Of a DNA stretch of 64,000 nt, positions 52,124-63,732 are shown piece by piece. The position numbers were made by a program, and so were the translations under genes. The notes below the pieces were generated by a model that was not told the DNA's origin, did not search any database, and saw nothing but the letters and a program-made list of their open reading frames with translations. The stretch comes from Myxococcota bacterium (GTDB lineage: Bacteria; Myxococcota_A; Polyangia; Polyangiales; Houyiibacteriaceae). Numbering within the stretch: the stretch's first letter is position 1; the number at the start of each line of letters is the position of its first letter. The stretch spans positions 32,001-96,000 of the forward strand of contig JBCCEA010000008.1 in assembly GCA_039030515.1 (NCBI GenBank), written 5' to 3'.

Positions 52124-55100
52124 CTAAGCTGCCGACGCCCCTTGATCCCGAGCATCTGGTTCGTACCCCAGATTCGGACCGAGCCACTGCTCAGTCTCTT
52201 CCACACTCATGCCTACTCGGGAAGCATAGTCTTCGACTTGCTCACGATCGACTCTTCCTACGCTAAAGTATCTGGCCTTTGGATGCGCGAAGTACAACCC
52301 ACTCACGCTCGCTGCCGGAAACATCGAATACTGCTCCGTAAGTGAAATGCCTACGTTCTCGGCCTGGAGTAGGTCGAAGAGTCGTCCTTTGAGCGTATGG
52401 TCGGGACAGGCCGGATAACCGAACGCTGGACGAATGCCTCGGTACGTCTCGGCAATAAGCTCCTCGTTACTGTATGTCTCTTCTTCGTAACCCCAAAGGC
52501 GGCGTACTTTTTGGTGCAGACACTCGGCAAAAGCCTCCGCAAGTCGATCGGCAAGCGCCTTAACCATGATCGCACGGTAGTCGTCGTGGTCGGACTCAAA
52601 CCGCCGGGCGATGGCTTCTAACCCAAGACCTGCGGTGACGGCGAACGCTCCGAGGTAGTCCGGTCGGCCGCTAGACTTGGGCGCCACGAAATCGCTGAGA
52701 GAACGGTAGGGCTCTTCATCGCGATGAATCGACTGCTGCCTAAGCATCGGAAAACGCAGTCTCTCTCGAGATCTAGAATCGTCTTCCCATACGATGATGT
52801 CGTCTCCGTCTGAGTTCGCCGGATAGAAACCATAAACTCCTGCGTGCTTTAAGCTCCCCTCATCGAGCAGTTCATCCAACATCACATTGGCATGTTCAAA
52901 TAGCTCCTTGGCCGCCGCGCCATATTTCTCACTTTCAAATATCTTTGGGTACCGGCCTTTCAGATCCCATGCCGAAAAAAAGAACGTCCAATCGATAAAC
53001 GTACGCAGTTCACTTAGCGACACATGCTCGACCTGTCTTGTGCCCAAGAAAGACGGAGTCGGGATGTCACAACTCACCCACTCGGTCTCAAAAGCGTTCT
53101 TCCGAGAAATCTGCAGAGGCAGCAGCGGCCGGCTTTGGCGATATCGAAAAAGCTCACGGATTCGCGACTGATCCTCGCGGTTTTTATCGTCAAATGCAGC
53201 ACGACGCTTGTCATCAAGAAGACTCGACACCACGTTGACAACCCGAGAGGCATCGAGAACGTGCACGGTGCTCGACTCGTATTGAGGCGCGATCTTTACT
53301 GCTGTGTGTTGCCGTGAAGTCGTGGCACCCCCGATCAGCAGGGGCACGTCGAAACCTTGACGCTGCATTTCCTTAGCCACATGCACCATCTCATCGAGCG
53401 AAGGCGTGATCAGCCCAGACAGCCCAACAACATCACATTCGTGCTCTTTGGCCGCGCGTAGAATCTGATCGGCAGGCACCATGACACCCAAATCGATCAC
53501 CTCATAGTTGTTGCATCCGAGCACCACGCCGACGATGTTTTTTCCTATATCATGCACATCGCCTTTTACGGTCGCTAGCAGTATCTTGGCTTGAGAGCTG
53601 GTACCACCCTCCTTGTCGGAAGCCATGAATGGCTCCAAATGAGCCACAGATTTTTTCATCACCCGAGCACTCTTGACTACCTGGGGGAGAAACATTTTTC
53701 CGGAGCCAAAAAGATCTCCGACAACCTTCATGCCCTCCATCAACGGCCCTTCAATTACAGAAAGAGGTTTCTTGTACTTAAGACGAGCCTCTTCTGTGTC
53801 TTCGATAACGAAATCAACGATGCCGTGAACCAACGCATGACCTAGCCGAGCATCAACATCTTGCTCTCGCCAGGTAAGATCAATCGTATTCTTTTTACCC
53901 GAGCCTCGTACCGTATCGGCAAAAGATACCAACCTCTCGGTTGCGTCTTCACGACGATTGAACAGTACGTCTTCTACCCGCTCCAGAAGGTCCTTGGGTA
54001 TATCGTCATAAACCTCAAGCTGACCCGCATTGACAATTCCCATGTCCATGCCTGCACGAATCGCGTGATAGAGAAATGCCGAATGCATCGCTTCGCGGAC
54101 CGCATTGTTGCCCCGAAAAGAAAACGATAGGTTACTCACTCCGCCGCTGACCCTTGCGTGCGGGCAACTCGTTTTGATTTCTCGAGTCGCTTCGATAAAC
54201 GCGATAGCATATTCGTTGTGCTCTTCGATCCCAGTTGCTACGGCAAATATATTTGGATCGAAAATAATATCGCCAGGAGCAAAACCCACTTCGTCAACGA
54301 GTAGGCGATAGGCCCTCTGACAAATCGTCACCTTTCGCTCAAAGGTATCGGCCTGACCCTGCTCATCAAAAGCCATCACCACAACAGCAGCGCCGTAACT
54401 CCGAGCAAGGCGGGCGCGCTCCAGAAACTCATCTTCGCCTTCTTTAAGGCTGATGGAATTGACGATAGACTTGCCCTGTACGCACTTCAGACCAGCTTCG
54501 ATTACGGACCATTTACTGCTGTCGATCATGATCGGAACCCGGGCGATTTCCGGTTCTGAAGCGATCAGCTTGAGGAATCGATCCATAGCCATTTCGGAAT
54601 CGAGCATTCCTTCATCCATGTTGACGTCGAGAATGTTCGCTCCGTTCCGGACTTGCTGCAGGGCCACGCTCAGCGCTTCGCTGTAGTCACCTTCTGTGAT
54701 AAGACGCGCAAACTTACGAGACCCGGTGACGTTGGTACGTTCACCTATCATGAGAAAGTTTGTCTCAGAACGTATCGTCAGTGGCTCTAGACCACTGTAG
54801 GTGGAGCGCGTATCCACATCGGGTAAGGGACGAGGCGCGAGACCCGAAACCCCCTCCGCGATCGACTGGATATGGGCGGGGGTTGTCCCGCAGCATCCAC
54901 CGACGATATTGACGAACGAGTCCTTCGCGAAGTCCTTCAGGAAGCCGCCCGTCGTTTCCGGTGCTTCATCGTATTCGCCCATGGCGTTCGGAAGCCCCGC
55001 ATTCGGATAGCAACTCACATAGGTCGGAGCTACGTTTGAGAGCGCTTCCACAAAAGGGCGCATTTCTTGAGCACCGAGTGCGCAGTTGATGCCTACGCTA

Positions 55101-55822
55101 AGGGGTCGCGCGTGGGCGACCGACGCCCAAAATGCCTCTACCGTCTGTCCCGACAGGGTTCGTCCACTGCGATCGGTGATAGTTACAGAGATCATCACCG
55201 GAGTAGACGCGCCTCGAGATTGAAGAACATCTTCGATCGCAAGCAGTGCTGCCTTAGCATTGAGCGTATCAAAAATAGTCTCAAGCAAGAGCAAATCTAC
55301 TCCGCCATCAAGGAGACCATGAACTTGCTCTGAATACGCATCCTTCACCTCGTCAAAGGTCACCGCGCGGTATGCAGGGTCGTTCACATCGGGAGAGATG
55401 CTAAGCGTCCGATTGGTCGGACCTATGGCCCCGGCTACAAACCGCGGTTTGTCGGGCGTGCGATCACTCCACTCGGTCGCTGCCGACTTCGCAAGCTGTG
55501 CCGCAGCGAGATTCAGATCGTAGACGGCCGATTCTAGAGCGTAGTCAGCCTGGGAAATCGAAGTGCTATTGAACGTATTGGTTTCGATGATATCCGCTCC
55601 GGCGGAGAGAAACTGGCTGTGTATCTCGCGAACCACGTTCGGGCGCGTGAGTACGAGCAGATCATTGTTGCCTTTCAGTGGATGCGAGTGCGACTGAAAA
55701 GACGATCCTCGGTAGTCGTTCTCATCCAGTTGAAAAGACTGGATCATGGTTCCCATCGCACCATCTACGACCAGAATGCGCTCTTTCAGCAGCCCTTCGA
55801 TATGGTCACGCGTCACGCTCAT
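52124..55822 (-). CDS. metH: cobalamin-dependent methionine synthase
   Basis: DGAMGTM, GGCCGT, IGERTN, DVHDIG B12-binding motif, [12 protein letters not shown]. Confidence 0.97.
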   Translation of the reverse strand: MSVTRDHIEGLLKERILVVDGAMGTMIQSFQLDENDYRGSSFQSHSHPLKGNNDLLVLTRPNVVREIHSQFLSAGADIIETNTFNSTSISQADYALESAVYDLNLAAAQLAKSAATEWSDRTPDKPRFVAGAIGPTNRTLSISPDVNDPAYRAVTFDEVKDAYSEQVHGLLDGGVDLLLLETIFDTLNAKAALLAIEDVLQSRGASTPVMISVTITDRSGRTLSGQTVEAFWASVAHARPLSVGINCALGAQEMRPFVEALSNVAPTYVSCYPNAGLPNAMGEYDEAPETTGGFLKDFAKDSFVNIVGGCCGTTPAHIQSIAEGVSGLAPRPLPDVDTRSTYSGLEPLTIRSETNFLMIGERTNVTGSRKFARLITEGDYSEALSVALQQVRNGANILDVNMDEGMLDSEMAMDRFLKLIASEPEIARVPIMIDSSKWSVIEAGLKCVQGKSIVNSISLKEGEDEFLERARLARSYGAAVVVMAFDEQGQADTFERKVTICQRAYRLLVDEVGFAPGDIIFDPNIFAVATGIEEHNEYAIAFIEATREIKTSCPHARVSGGVSNLSFSFRGNNAVREAMHSAFLYHAIRAGMDMGIVNAGQLEVYDDIPKDLLERVEDVLFNRREDATERLVSFADTVRGSGKKNTIDLTWREQDVDARLGHALVHGIVDFVIEDTEEARLKYKKPLSVIEGPLMEGMKVVGDLFGSGKMFLPQVVKSARVMKKSVAHLEPFMASDKEGGTSSQAKILLATVKGDVHDIGKNIVGVVLGCNNYEVIDLGVMVPADQILRAAKEHECDVVGLSGLITPSLDEMVHVAKEMQRQGFDVPLLIGGATTSRQHTAVKIAPQYESSTVHVLDASRVVNVVSSLLDDKRRAAFDDKNREDQSRIRELFRYRQSRPLLPLQISRKNAFETEWVSCDIPTPSFLGTRQVEHVSLSELRTFIDWTFFFSAWDLKGRYPKIFESEKYGAAAKELFEHANVMLDELLDEGSLKHAGVYGFYPANSDGDDIIVWEDDSRSRERLRFPMLRQQSIHRDEEPYRSLSDFVAPKSSGRPDYLGAFAVTAGLGLEAIARRFESDHDDYRAIMVKALADRLAEAFAECLHQKVRRLWGYEEETYSNEELIAETYRGIRPAFGYPACPDHTLKGRLFDLLQAENVGISLTEQYSMFPAASVSGLYFAHPKARYFSVGRVDREQVEDYASRVGMSVEETEQWLGPNLGYEPDARDQGASAA

Positions 55823-56055
55823 GCTGAGTTCTCTTTCTGACCGCCGACGCAGCCACCGCATACGGATAGGATTCTTTCGGCATGGCGTTCCTTCGGCCCT
55901 CAGTCCAATCCAGCTTCGTTTTATATGGAGCTATTTTTTCACGGCTTCCAGAGCCCGAGTCCCCCCTGATACGACAACAGTATCAAATCCGAGTTGGCTA
56001 CCACAATCTGGACCATGAATAGTATCAAAAAGAATACCAACAGGCTCTAAATGAA

Positions 56056-57168
56056 CTAAACTTCGGAGATAACGGCCCTACCGAGCACCAACCGCTGAAT
56101 CTCGCTGGTGCCCTCGTAGATTCGCGTCACTCGAACATCTCGCACTCTTCGCGCAAAGTCTTCCGAATCTAAATTCATCAAAGACGCTATCTCTAAACAC
56201 CGATTGCAAACCAAAAAAGCGGATTCCGATGCATAGAGCTTGGCCATCGAGGCTTCCTTGGTATGCGGCGCTCCTTCTTCCTTCAGCGCGGCAGCACGAA
56301 GCGCAAGCAGAGTCGCAGCTTCTAGACTGCATTCGTTATCCGCGATGCGACATGCCACGCCCTGCGGCACATCTTGCTGCCGAAGCATGGTCTTGATAAG
56401 CGTCTGGGCACCTCGGGCGATGCCGATGGCCTGGGAGGCGATACCGATGCGCCCACCGTCAAGAGCCATCATCGCCACCGAAAACCCGGACCCAAGACCG
56501 CCCAGCAAGGCTTCATCAGGCACGTGCACCTCGTCGAACGTAAGCGAGACCGTATGTGAGGCGCGCAGCCCCATTTTTTGCTCATTCTTTAGTACTGAGA
56601 GTCCTGGAGCTCCTCGTTCGACGAGAAAACAAGACAAACCCTTGGTGCCGGGTGCTCCCGTGCGGGCCCAAACCACGAGCACCTCGGCGGTGTCTCCATG
56701 GGTGATCCACTGCTTGGAGCCCTGCAGCAGCCAACCATGTGCCCCCCGATCGGCTCGGGTTTGCATCGCAGACGGATCACTACCTGCAGACACTTCGCTG
56801 AGGGCAAACGCACCGAGTGCTCCCGCGGCGAGTCTGGGGCAGTAACGGGCTCTTTGGTCACTGGAGCCAAAACGCGCGATCACCTCACCGACCATATTGG
56901 TCACCGCCATAGAGACCGCGGTGGCTGCGCATGCCGCACCGATTTCAATCATCGCATGACAGTACGCGCGAACCCCCATCTCAGAGCCGCCGCAGTCCCG
57001 AGGAACATTCACGGCCATCAGGCCTCGCTCACCGAGATGACGAAACACGTCTGGGTCGATTTCACCTCGCCCTTCAAAAACGCTCGCTTGATGCTGCAAC
57101 ACGGAACTTGCGATCGAAGCTGCAGCGTCTCGAACCGTGCGTTCCGGTTCACTGAGGCTCGTCGTCAT
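56056..57168 (-). CDS. acyl-CoA dehydrogenase (divergent)
   Basis: FALSE..GSD, GSKQWIT, KMG, LDGGRIGIA, RIYEGTSEIQR. Confidence 0.88.
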   Translation of the reverse strand: MTTSLSEPERTVRDAAASIASSVLQHQASVFEGRGEIDPDVFRHLGERGLMAVNVPRDCGGSEMGVRAYCHAMIEIGAACAATAVSMAVTNMVGEVIARFGSSDQRARYCPRLAAGALGAFALSEVSAGSDPSAMQTRADRGAHGWLLQGSKQWITHGDTAEVLVVWARTGAPGTKGLSCFLVERGAPGLSVLKNEQKMGLRASHTVSLTFDEVHVPDEALLGGLGSGFSVAMMALDGGRIGIASQAIGIARGAQTLIKTMLRQQDVPQGVACRIADNECSLEAATLLALRAAALKEEGAPHTKEASMAKLYASESAFLVCNRCLEIASLMNLDSEDFARRVRDVRVTRIYEGTSEIQRLVLGRAVISEV

Positions 57169-57202
57169 ACGGTCTCCTTGGTCGTCCATACGCTCCAGTG
57201 AG

Positions 57203-57931
57203 TCATTGCAGCGTGAAAGAAACTTTTGCAGGATAGCTGCCTGGATCGGGCATCGGCCACGCTTGGATCGAATCGATCACGCAATCGATCTTCGCTGCGG
57301 TATCCACACTAGCAGCAGAGGCACCTGCTGCTAGGAGCTCACCTCCAGGACTCACGTAGACGGTGATGCGCCAGATAGGCGCTACTAGATCCGGCCCGCA
57401 GTGAGAGACGAGCGCTGCAGAATGCTCCGAGATCACTCCGGAGAGTCGCGCTTCATTCCACGGAAACGGTGGACGAATCTCCTCTTGAGGATCGATAGCT
57501 AAAGGCAGGGAAAATTCGGCCTCACCCCCTCGAGGCCGTGAAAAATGCACCCGGCGCGCTCGCTCCAGCAAACATCGCTCTGCAACCCGATCACCGATAT
57601 CGCTGACGGCTGGATACACCCACCGAACCCGACCCTCGACACTCACTCGAAATACCAACTGAATTGCTCCACTCAGGAATTCAACGCTGCGATAGCGATC
57701 GGTAAAGCATTCGAGGAAGGCCCCCATCTTCGGCCGCAGCGCCCTCGAAATCTCATCTTGGGAAAGCGTGCCCAAAAGCCCTTCCGACTCGAAGTCCTCT
57801 TCGCGATTTGACCCCGCTTCACCATGACTCGAGGACTCCGGCACTCGGGACAGCTCCAGTGAAGCAGCTGAAGCACAACCTGCAGCACAAACGGCAAACG
57901 CGAAGAGAGAGGACAGCGTGAGGCGCGGCAA
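57203..57931 (-). CDS. lipoprotein with two AgmX/PglI (TonB-C-like) domains
   Basis: Lipobox AAGC; GTLSQDEI..FLECF..G.V..AERCLL..F.RP.GG; second domain with DCV..WPMPDPG. Confidence 0.68.
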   Translation of the reverse strand: MPRLTLSSLFAFAVCAAGCASAASLELSRVPESSSHGEAGSNREEDFESEGLLGTLSQDEISRALRPKMGAFLECFTDRYRSVEFLSGAIQLVFRVSVEGRVRWVYPAVSDIGDRVAERCLLERARRVHFSRPRGGEAEFSLPLAIDPQEEIRPPFPWNEARLSGVISEHSAALVSHCGPDLVAPIWRITVYVSPGGELLAAGASAASVDTAAKIDCVIDSIQAWPMPDPGSYPAKVSFTLQ

Positions 57932-57934
57932 GAC

Positions 57935-59092
57935 TCACTCCCTAAGGACGGAGCTGGAGATAACGATGCGCATGATCTCACTTGTGCCTTCATAGATCTC
58001 GGTAATGCGTGCATCTCGATAGTGTCGTTCCATGTCATATTCCCTGGAGTAACCGTAGCCTCCAAATACCTGTAAGGCTTGATGTGTGACGCGAGTAGAG
58101 GTCTCTGAGGCGAGAAGTTTCGCCATGGCAGCCTCCTTCGAGTACCGCAGACTCTGATTCTGAACTGCCAGGTCTTTTCGCATGGCTGCTCGATGGGTGA
58201 GCAGCCTCGATGCGTCTATTTCAGTCGCCATGTTTGCGAGTTTGAACTGAATCGCCTGTTTGGATGCTAGGGGCTCTCCAAAGGCAGACCGCTCCTTACT
58301 GTAGGCAACCGCCTTTTCAAACGCTGCACGGGCAATGCCTACGGCCTGAGCCGCGATACCTATTCTGCCGCCATCGAGTGCCGACATCGCGATCTTAAAT
58401 CCCATCCCCTCCTCGCCGAGTTGCTGCTGCACTGGAATACGGCAATTTTCGAAGAATATCGTGCATGATTGGGCCGCGTGAATGCCCATCTTTTCATCGG
58501 GTGGTTGCGGATTGAAGCCCGGTGTTCCCTTGGTGACCAGAAGCGCGGTGGTGCCTTTCGAACCGCGTGATCGGTCCGTGACGGCGAAGAAGATCATGAC
58601 GTCCGCGACCGGACCATTGGTAATCCAGTTCTTACTGCCGTTGACGATCCAATAGTCGCCGTCTTTTTCCGCTACTGTTTCCATGCGTGAAGCGTCTGAA
58701 CCGCTGGACGGCTCTGTCAGACCGAAACAGCCCAGGGTCTTGCCAGAAGCAAGTGGGATCAAAAACTCCTTCCTTTGGGCGTCCGAGCCAAAATGAAGCA
58801 GCGGATCACACGCTAAAGAGTTGTTGACGGAGAGAATGACCCCGGTTGAAGCACAGGCTCGACTCACCTCCTCTACCGCCAAGGCGTAACTCAAATTGTC
58901 GGCACCCGCGCCTCCGTATGCTTCTGGAATCGCGACCCCCATCAAACCCAGCTCCCCCATTTGTGAGACGAGTTCGGTAGGCCATCTCCCCGATCGATCG
59001 AGTTCTCTAGCTTTTTTAGCTACTTCTGCCTCGGCAAAGTCGCGCGCGGTCTTCTGGATCAGTTGTTGTTCTTCGCTGAGCTTGAAATCCAT
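57935..59092 (-). CDS. acyl-CoA dehydrogenase (short/branched-chain type)
   Basis: FGLTEPSSGSD, NGSKNWIT, RSAFG, QVFGGYGY, EIYEGTSEI. Confidence 0.95.
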   Translation of the reverse strand: MDFKLSEEQQLIQKTARDFAEAEVAKKARELDRSGRWPTELVSQMGELGLMGVAIPEAYGGAGADNLSYALAVEEVSRACASTGVILSVNNSLACDPLLHFGSDAQRKEFLIPLASGKTLGCFGLTEPSSGSDASRMETVAEKDGDYWIVNGSKNWITNGPVADVMIFFAVTDRSRGSKGTTALLVTKGTPGFNPQPPDEKMGIHAAQSCTIFFENCRIPVQQQLGEEGMGFKIAMSALDGGRIGIAAQAVGIARAAFEKAVAYSKERSAFGEPLASKQAIQFKLANMATEIDASRLLTHRAAMRKDLAVQNQSLRYSKEAAMAKLLASETSTRVTHQALQVFGGYGYSREYDMERHYRDARITEIYEGTSEIMRIVISSSVLRE

Positions 59093-59261
59093 CAAAGGTT
59101 CCTTTCCATCTGTCGGTCACGACCGATGGGAGCCGCAGCCACCAAACGACGAAGTCGGTTTCCCACCCGTAAACTTCTCTCATCACCTCATCCAAACAGA
59201 AGCACGGGCAAGAGTCCACCGAGGTCCTCAGATGGATGAAGTATCGCCGAACGTTGCGGGA

Positions 59262-62200
59262 CTAGGGATTGGGGCGATCGGTTGCGCGACGTGCTCGAGC
59301 GGCAAATGGCCCTTCTGGGTGAATTTCCAGATAACGATCGTACGCAGCTCGGGATCTTGGGGAATTGTGGCCCGCAAGAGCCTCTCCCAGGAAAAACCAG
59401 ACCTCTGCGGGACACCCCTCGATCTCACTTGCCGACTGTAGGGCAACCCGAGCCGCTCGCATCTTACCCCGCTGAATGCGTACCCGACCCTGCAGGAGCA
59501 ACAACTGAGCCCGCAGCAAGGGAGGTCGGATTCGCTGCTGTAGAGAATCCTCAACACGGTCCATATGCTCTTCGGCTTCGTCCAATCGCTCTGCCCTTGT
59601 CAGCACCCGGGCCAACCCGAGGAGCGCCTCTGGATGGCCACCGTCTCGCTCCACCGCCAGCTCGTAGTATCGGCTTGCCGCATCGAGCTCACCGGCAGAC
59701 TCCAAAGCGTCCGCAAATAGGGCCAATACGTCAGCCGTCGCTCCTTCAGCACCTACGAGCGGCCTCAGTGCGGAAACGGCCTCCGTGGAGCGCCTCTGGA
59801 GCAGCGCCAGACGTGCAGTAGCCATCCGCACGGTCACCAAATCACGATCTTCCGGCGACAACTGATCAAGCTGCCGCTCGGCCTCTGCGACTCGCTGGAG
59901 TCCCAAAAGCGCTTCAATTCCGCCAATTCGCGCCATCAGGGCCGTGGATCCCCGAGCAGCACTCTCGCCCTGCTCGTCAAGCTCTTGAAACAGCGCGTTC
60001 GACTCATCAAAGGATCCTCGATCGAGCAGGAGGTAGGCGAGCGCGATCTGAGCGTCGGTATGCTCGGGACTGAGCGTTAGGGCCTGACGATAGCTCTCCT
60101 CGGCAGCCGCTGCGTCGCCGGACATGCGCCTGGCTCGGCCGCGAAGAACGTGCCCTTGAGCGAACTCAGGAGCAGCTGCCACCAAACGATCGGCAGCGAC
60201 CTGTGCGGTCTGGACCTCGCCAACATCGAGCGCCGCTTCCGCAAGCGCTTCCGTGGCAAAGCGGTCTGCTGGAAATTCGGCGTCGAGCTCCTTTGCCAAC
60301 TCCAGCGTCCGGGAACTGGTTTCAAGCCGCATCTGTGCGCGAAGCCAGAGTGCGCGCAGCTCTGAATCTGCGACCGGGTTTGAGTCTAATGCGGAGGAAA
60401 GATCGCGCACCACACCTTGAAGCACCTCGGTCGTCCCGACCAGCAGCGACGCTTGTGCAGCAAGCCGGAGCACACTCGAGTCTTCGACCGAAAGCGGCTC
60501 AAGGACCCGAAGTGCCTCAATTCCGTTTCGCCTTTGAATCAGGATCTCAGCAAGAATTGTACGCAAGGCTACATTCATGGGAGCCCCAGCAAGGGCACTT
60601 GCAGCCGCGGACTGGGCTTGATCGAGTCTGCCTAGCTCCCGGGATTCGGCGGCCAGAAGCGCGAGCAGTCTGGGTGCGACGACCTCCGCCGCAAAAGCTC
60701 GATCGAGAGCGCTACGCGCGCGCTCGTCTGCCGACATTCTCCGGGAAAGTCGAACTTCGGTCAGGTGATACAGCAAAACGTCGACTGGCGCTGCCTTCTC
60801 CAACGCACCCTTGATCGCGCTCAGCTCTGAGAGTCCCGCTTCAGGGGTAACCTCGGCAGCGTCGAAGAACTGTCGCCACAAGCGTGCGCGCAGGTGCTCA
60901 TTTTCGCGGGCAAGTACAGAGTCGATCACGGCCTTGGCCGCATCGAGTCTGCCTTCCTTCGCACGAAACTCTGCAAGGGCCATCGATGCCGCGAACAAAT
61001 TGGACTCTTCTTCATGCGCTCTTTGCAACAGTGCAGCGGCGTCACCCATCCCAAGACGCTGACGAACGCGCCCCACCACATACCGATCGGAAGCGCGAAG
61101 GTTCTCGTCTTTCAGTGCGTTCTCTGCATGAGTCGCGGCAGCCGGAACGTCACCATCCCAAAGTGCCAACACCGCTTGCGCAGCGAAAATTGTAGAGCCG
61201 CCGAGTCCCAGACGCTTGCCCATGGAAAGGGAGGAACGAAGGGCTCCGGCGTCCGCCCCCCCTTCTTCTAAGACCCGTTGGACATGTGCAAATATCAACA
61301 GCTCTGGTCCAGCGCTATCGAGCGGGTTCAGTTCTCTTGAGGCCCGAATGAGCTGCTCGGCTTCCAACAGATCTTGATGATCACCCCTCCATATTCGGTC
61401 TCTAGCCTGACCCACCAAGCGGATCGACTCCGCTCGCTTGGTTTCGACCCAAGTCGTCCAGCCAAGGTATCCACCCAAGCCCAAAAGAGCAGCGACCACC
61501 CAGAGGACTGCAATGGTGCGACCTGTTCGATTTCCCGCTTTGGAGTCGGAATGGCTCTTTTGGGTCCAGGCCGAAGGCGAAGGATCGTCTTGCTCCCGCA
61601 AACCAGCCGCGTCCATCATCGCGAGCACTTCGTCAGCGGGCTCTAAAGCTGCAGGAGCGACGCCGAGTACCTCTCTAGGAACGGTGTTTGACTCTTCGGA
61701 GAGATCGGACTCACTCAAGGGAGGATGGTCCAAATCGGCCTTGGGACTCCACGTGTCCCCGGACGCCACCGCGCTACCAAGCGAGTCCGGCAAAGACGCT
61801 GAGAGTGACGGGGCTGGACTTTCAGGAGAAGGATCTACGGAGTCAGCACCATCTCCTTCGGCATATCGAACGAGGGGAATCGTGGAGTCAAACGCCGGGT
61901 CATCGGGTGTGAGCCGAGGATGATCGTCGGCCGACACCGGCAACTCGGAAACTTCGAGCGGACCACCTTGCACCAGCCTTGGATCAAGCCTCGGACCGAT
62001 CGCTGTAGGCGCATCCTCGTCGAAATCGGATAGCGTGTACCCAGCCACCGTAGGAGCCTGAGACTCGGCTATCGAGAAAGCCCACGCCTCGGGAGCCCCT
62101 TCGTTCGCGGAAACCTTGGCGAGATCGCTGGTTACAGGATTATCGGCAACCACGGATGTATTCGCCAGAGGAAGGGATTCGCTATCGTCAGTTGAAGGTA

Positions 62201-62822
62201 AAACGGGAAAGGAAAGCGTCGATTCAAGCGAAGGTATCTGAGCGGAACGGCGTCCCGCCTCATCCAAAAATGGGGATGCCTCTGGGATCTCAGGAGAACC
62301 AAACACCGCAGTCGTTTGATGGACATCATTCCGGCTCTGTTGAGGCGCTAGGTCTTCGCTCCTGGATACATCCTTGGGCGCTGTCGTTTTCGGCTGCTCT
62401 CGGAATCCATTGCCCTTGCGAGCGCGCATCGATAAGCGCCGCAACACCTCATCATTCGGATCGATGTTCAGCGCCCGCTCCAATACCTTGGCCGCACGCT
62501 GAGGGTCTCCTCTTTGAATCAGCACTTCGCCTAGCCAGCGAAAAGCCGCAGTGCTCTTGGGGTCTGCTCGAGCCGCTTTGAGGAGCGACGCCTGAGCCCG
62601 CAAAAGCGCTCCCTCGTGAAGCAAACTTCGGCCTTGCACAATAAGGAGCCGAGCCTCCTCCCCGGATTTTTCTAAACCTCGAGCTGCGACTTCAAGTGCT
62701 TCGGACGACCTTCCTGCATCGATAAGGGCCTCTGCCAGCGGCACCGCCGCTTCGCTTCCCGGCCGATTTCGAAATCGCAGAAGCCTTCCATCTAGGTTCT
62801 GGAAATCGGACACGCGGCGCAC
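59262..62822 (-). CDS. large TPR-repeat membrane protein
   Basis: N-terminal TPRs, Pro/Ser/Asp-rich linker, one TM helix (IAVLWVVAALLGLGGYLGW), long C-terminal TPR array. Confidence 0.82.
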   Translation of the reverse strand: MRRVSDFQNLDGRLLRFRNRPGSEAAVPLAEALIDAGRSSEALEVAARGLEKSGEEARLLIVQGRSLLHEGALLRAQASLLKAARADPKSTAAFRWLGEVLIQRGDPQRAAKVLERALNIDPNDEVLRRLSMRARKGNGFREQPKTTAPKDVSRSEDLAPQQSRNDVHQTTAVFGSPEIPEASPFLDEAGRRSAQIPSLESTLSFPVLPSTDDSESLPLANTSVVADNPVTSDLAKVSANEGAPEAWAFSIAESQAPTVAGYTLSDFDEDAPTAIGPRLDPRLVQGGPLEVSELPVSADDHPRLTPDDPAFDSTIPLVRYAEGDGADSVDPSPESPAPSLSASLPDSLGSAVASGDTWSPKADLDHPPLSESDLSEESNTVPREVLGVAPAALEPADEVLAMMDAAGLREQDDPSPSAWTQKSHSDSKAGNRTGRTIAVLWVVAALLGLGGYLGWTTWVETKRAESIRLVGQARDRIWRGDHQDLLEAEQLIRASRELNPLDSAGPELLIFAHVQRVLEEGGADAGALRSSLSMGKRLGLGGSTIFAAQAVLALWDGDVPAAATHAENALKDENLRASDRYVVGRVRQRLGMGDAAALLQRAHEEESNLFAASMALAEFRAKEGRLDAAKAVIDSVLARENEHLRARLWRQFFDAAEVTPEAGLSELSAIKGALEKAAPVDVLLYHLTEVRLSRRMSADERARSALDRAFAAEVVAPRLLALLAAESRELGRLDQAQSAAASALAGAPMNVALRTILAEILIQRRNGIEALRVLEPLSVEDSSVLRLAAQASLLVGTTEVLQGVVRDLSSALDSNPVADSELRALWLRAQMRLETSSRTLELAKELDAEFPADRFATEALAEAALDVGEVQTAQVAADRLVAAAPEFAQGHVLRGRARRMSGDAAAAEESYRQALTLSPEHTDAQIALAYLLLDRGSFDESNALFQELDEQGESAARGSTALMARIGGIEALLGLQRVAEAERQLDQLSPEDRDLVTVRMATARLALLQRRSTEAVSALRPLVGAEGATADVLALFADALESAGELDAASRYYELAVERDGGHPEALLGLARVLTRAERLDEAEEHMDRVEDSLQQRIRPPLLRAQLLLLQGRVRIQRGKMRAARVALQSASEIEGCPAEVWFFLGEALAGHNSPRSRAAYDRYLEIHPEGPFAARARRATDRPNP

Positions 62823-63060
62823 CCTACCAGAAACTTGTCGAAAAAGCCGGAAGCATCACCCGAGATCTCCGCGGCCTGAGCGACACGGAACCAGGTCTGG
62901 ATGAGCCTGTCCCACCGGGTGCGAGCCACATACCCTTCGCCGCTCCGAGGATGGCTCCAGGACCTCCGCCAACCGCCAACTTCCTGCTAGGGCGTGAATA
63001 GTTGAACGCATCGCATCATCGACCCGGCACATTGGTTCGAAAGCTGTATACTCCCGGGCC

Positions 63061-63714
63061 ATGGTTTTCGTCGCATGCTCAGGTTTCCCCGTCCCGGTCA
63101 GTCGTTATTGGCGCGATTTCGAAGCGGTCGAATTAGCCGATACCGAGCTCGGTCTACCGGGCTCAGGTACGATAGGTCGTTGGAAAAGAGAATCGCCCGA
63201 TGGATTTGGGTTCAGCATCATCGCACCGAAGTCGATCAGTGACGAAGAGTTCAAACAGACCGAGAATACCCAGGAAACTTTGCAGGGACTCGGTCGACTC
63301 GTCGAAACCCTAGACGCGAGAGCAGCGGTTTTTATAGGCTCGACGGATTTCAAATCCACCAAAGCCAACAAAGCAAGATTGAAATCCTTCCTTGCGACCG
63401 TGCCCGATTCGGTGCCTTACGTCGTATTTGACCTTCCGTCGTGGGATCCCTCGCAAGTGGCATCGATCGCGAAGAGTCGTCTGGTTGCCGCCTACGATCC
63501 ACTCCAAGATACGCCTCCGCCGGCCAAAGGACTCGCCTACATTCGATTACCCGGTCCTGCCGGGAAACGTTCTCGCTACGATGACGAGTCCCTCGAACGT
63601 ATCGCCGATCACGTGAGAGAGATCCAAGATTCATGTGAGGAGATCTTCATCGCGTTCCGCAACATCGACATGCACACAAACGCAACCGCACTCAGAAAAA
63701 GGCTGAAAATCTGA
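63061..63714 (+). CDS. DUF72 domain protein
   Basis: VACSGF..F.AVE, W..E.P..F.F, YIRL.G..Y, F.N..M..NA. Confidence 0.75.
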   Translation: MVFVACSGFPVPVSRYWRDFEAVELADTELGLPGSGTIGRWKRESPDGFGFSIIAPKSISDEEFKQTENTQETLQGLGRLVETLDARAAVFIGSTDFKSTKANKARLKSFLATVPDSVPYVVFDLPSWDPSQVASIAKSRLVAAYDPLQDTPPPAKGLAYIRLPGPAGKRSRYDDESLERIADHVREIQDSCEEIFIAFRNIDMHTNATALRKRLKI

Positions 63715-63732
63715 AGCCTCCCGAGGCTGTTC

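Noticed and set aside
55823..56055. SAM/SAH/cobalamin riboswitch before metH
   Set aside because: No recognisable consensus elements by eye. An Rfam scan would be needed.
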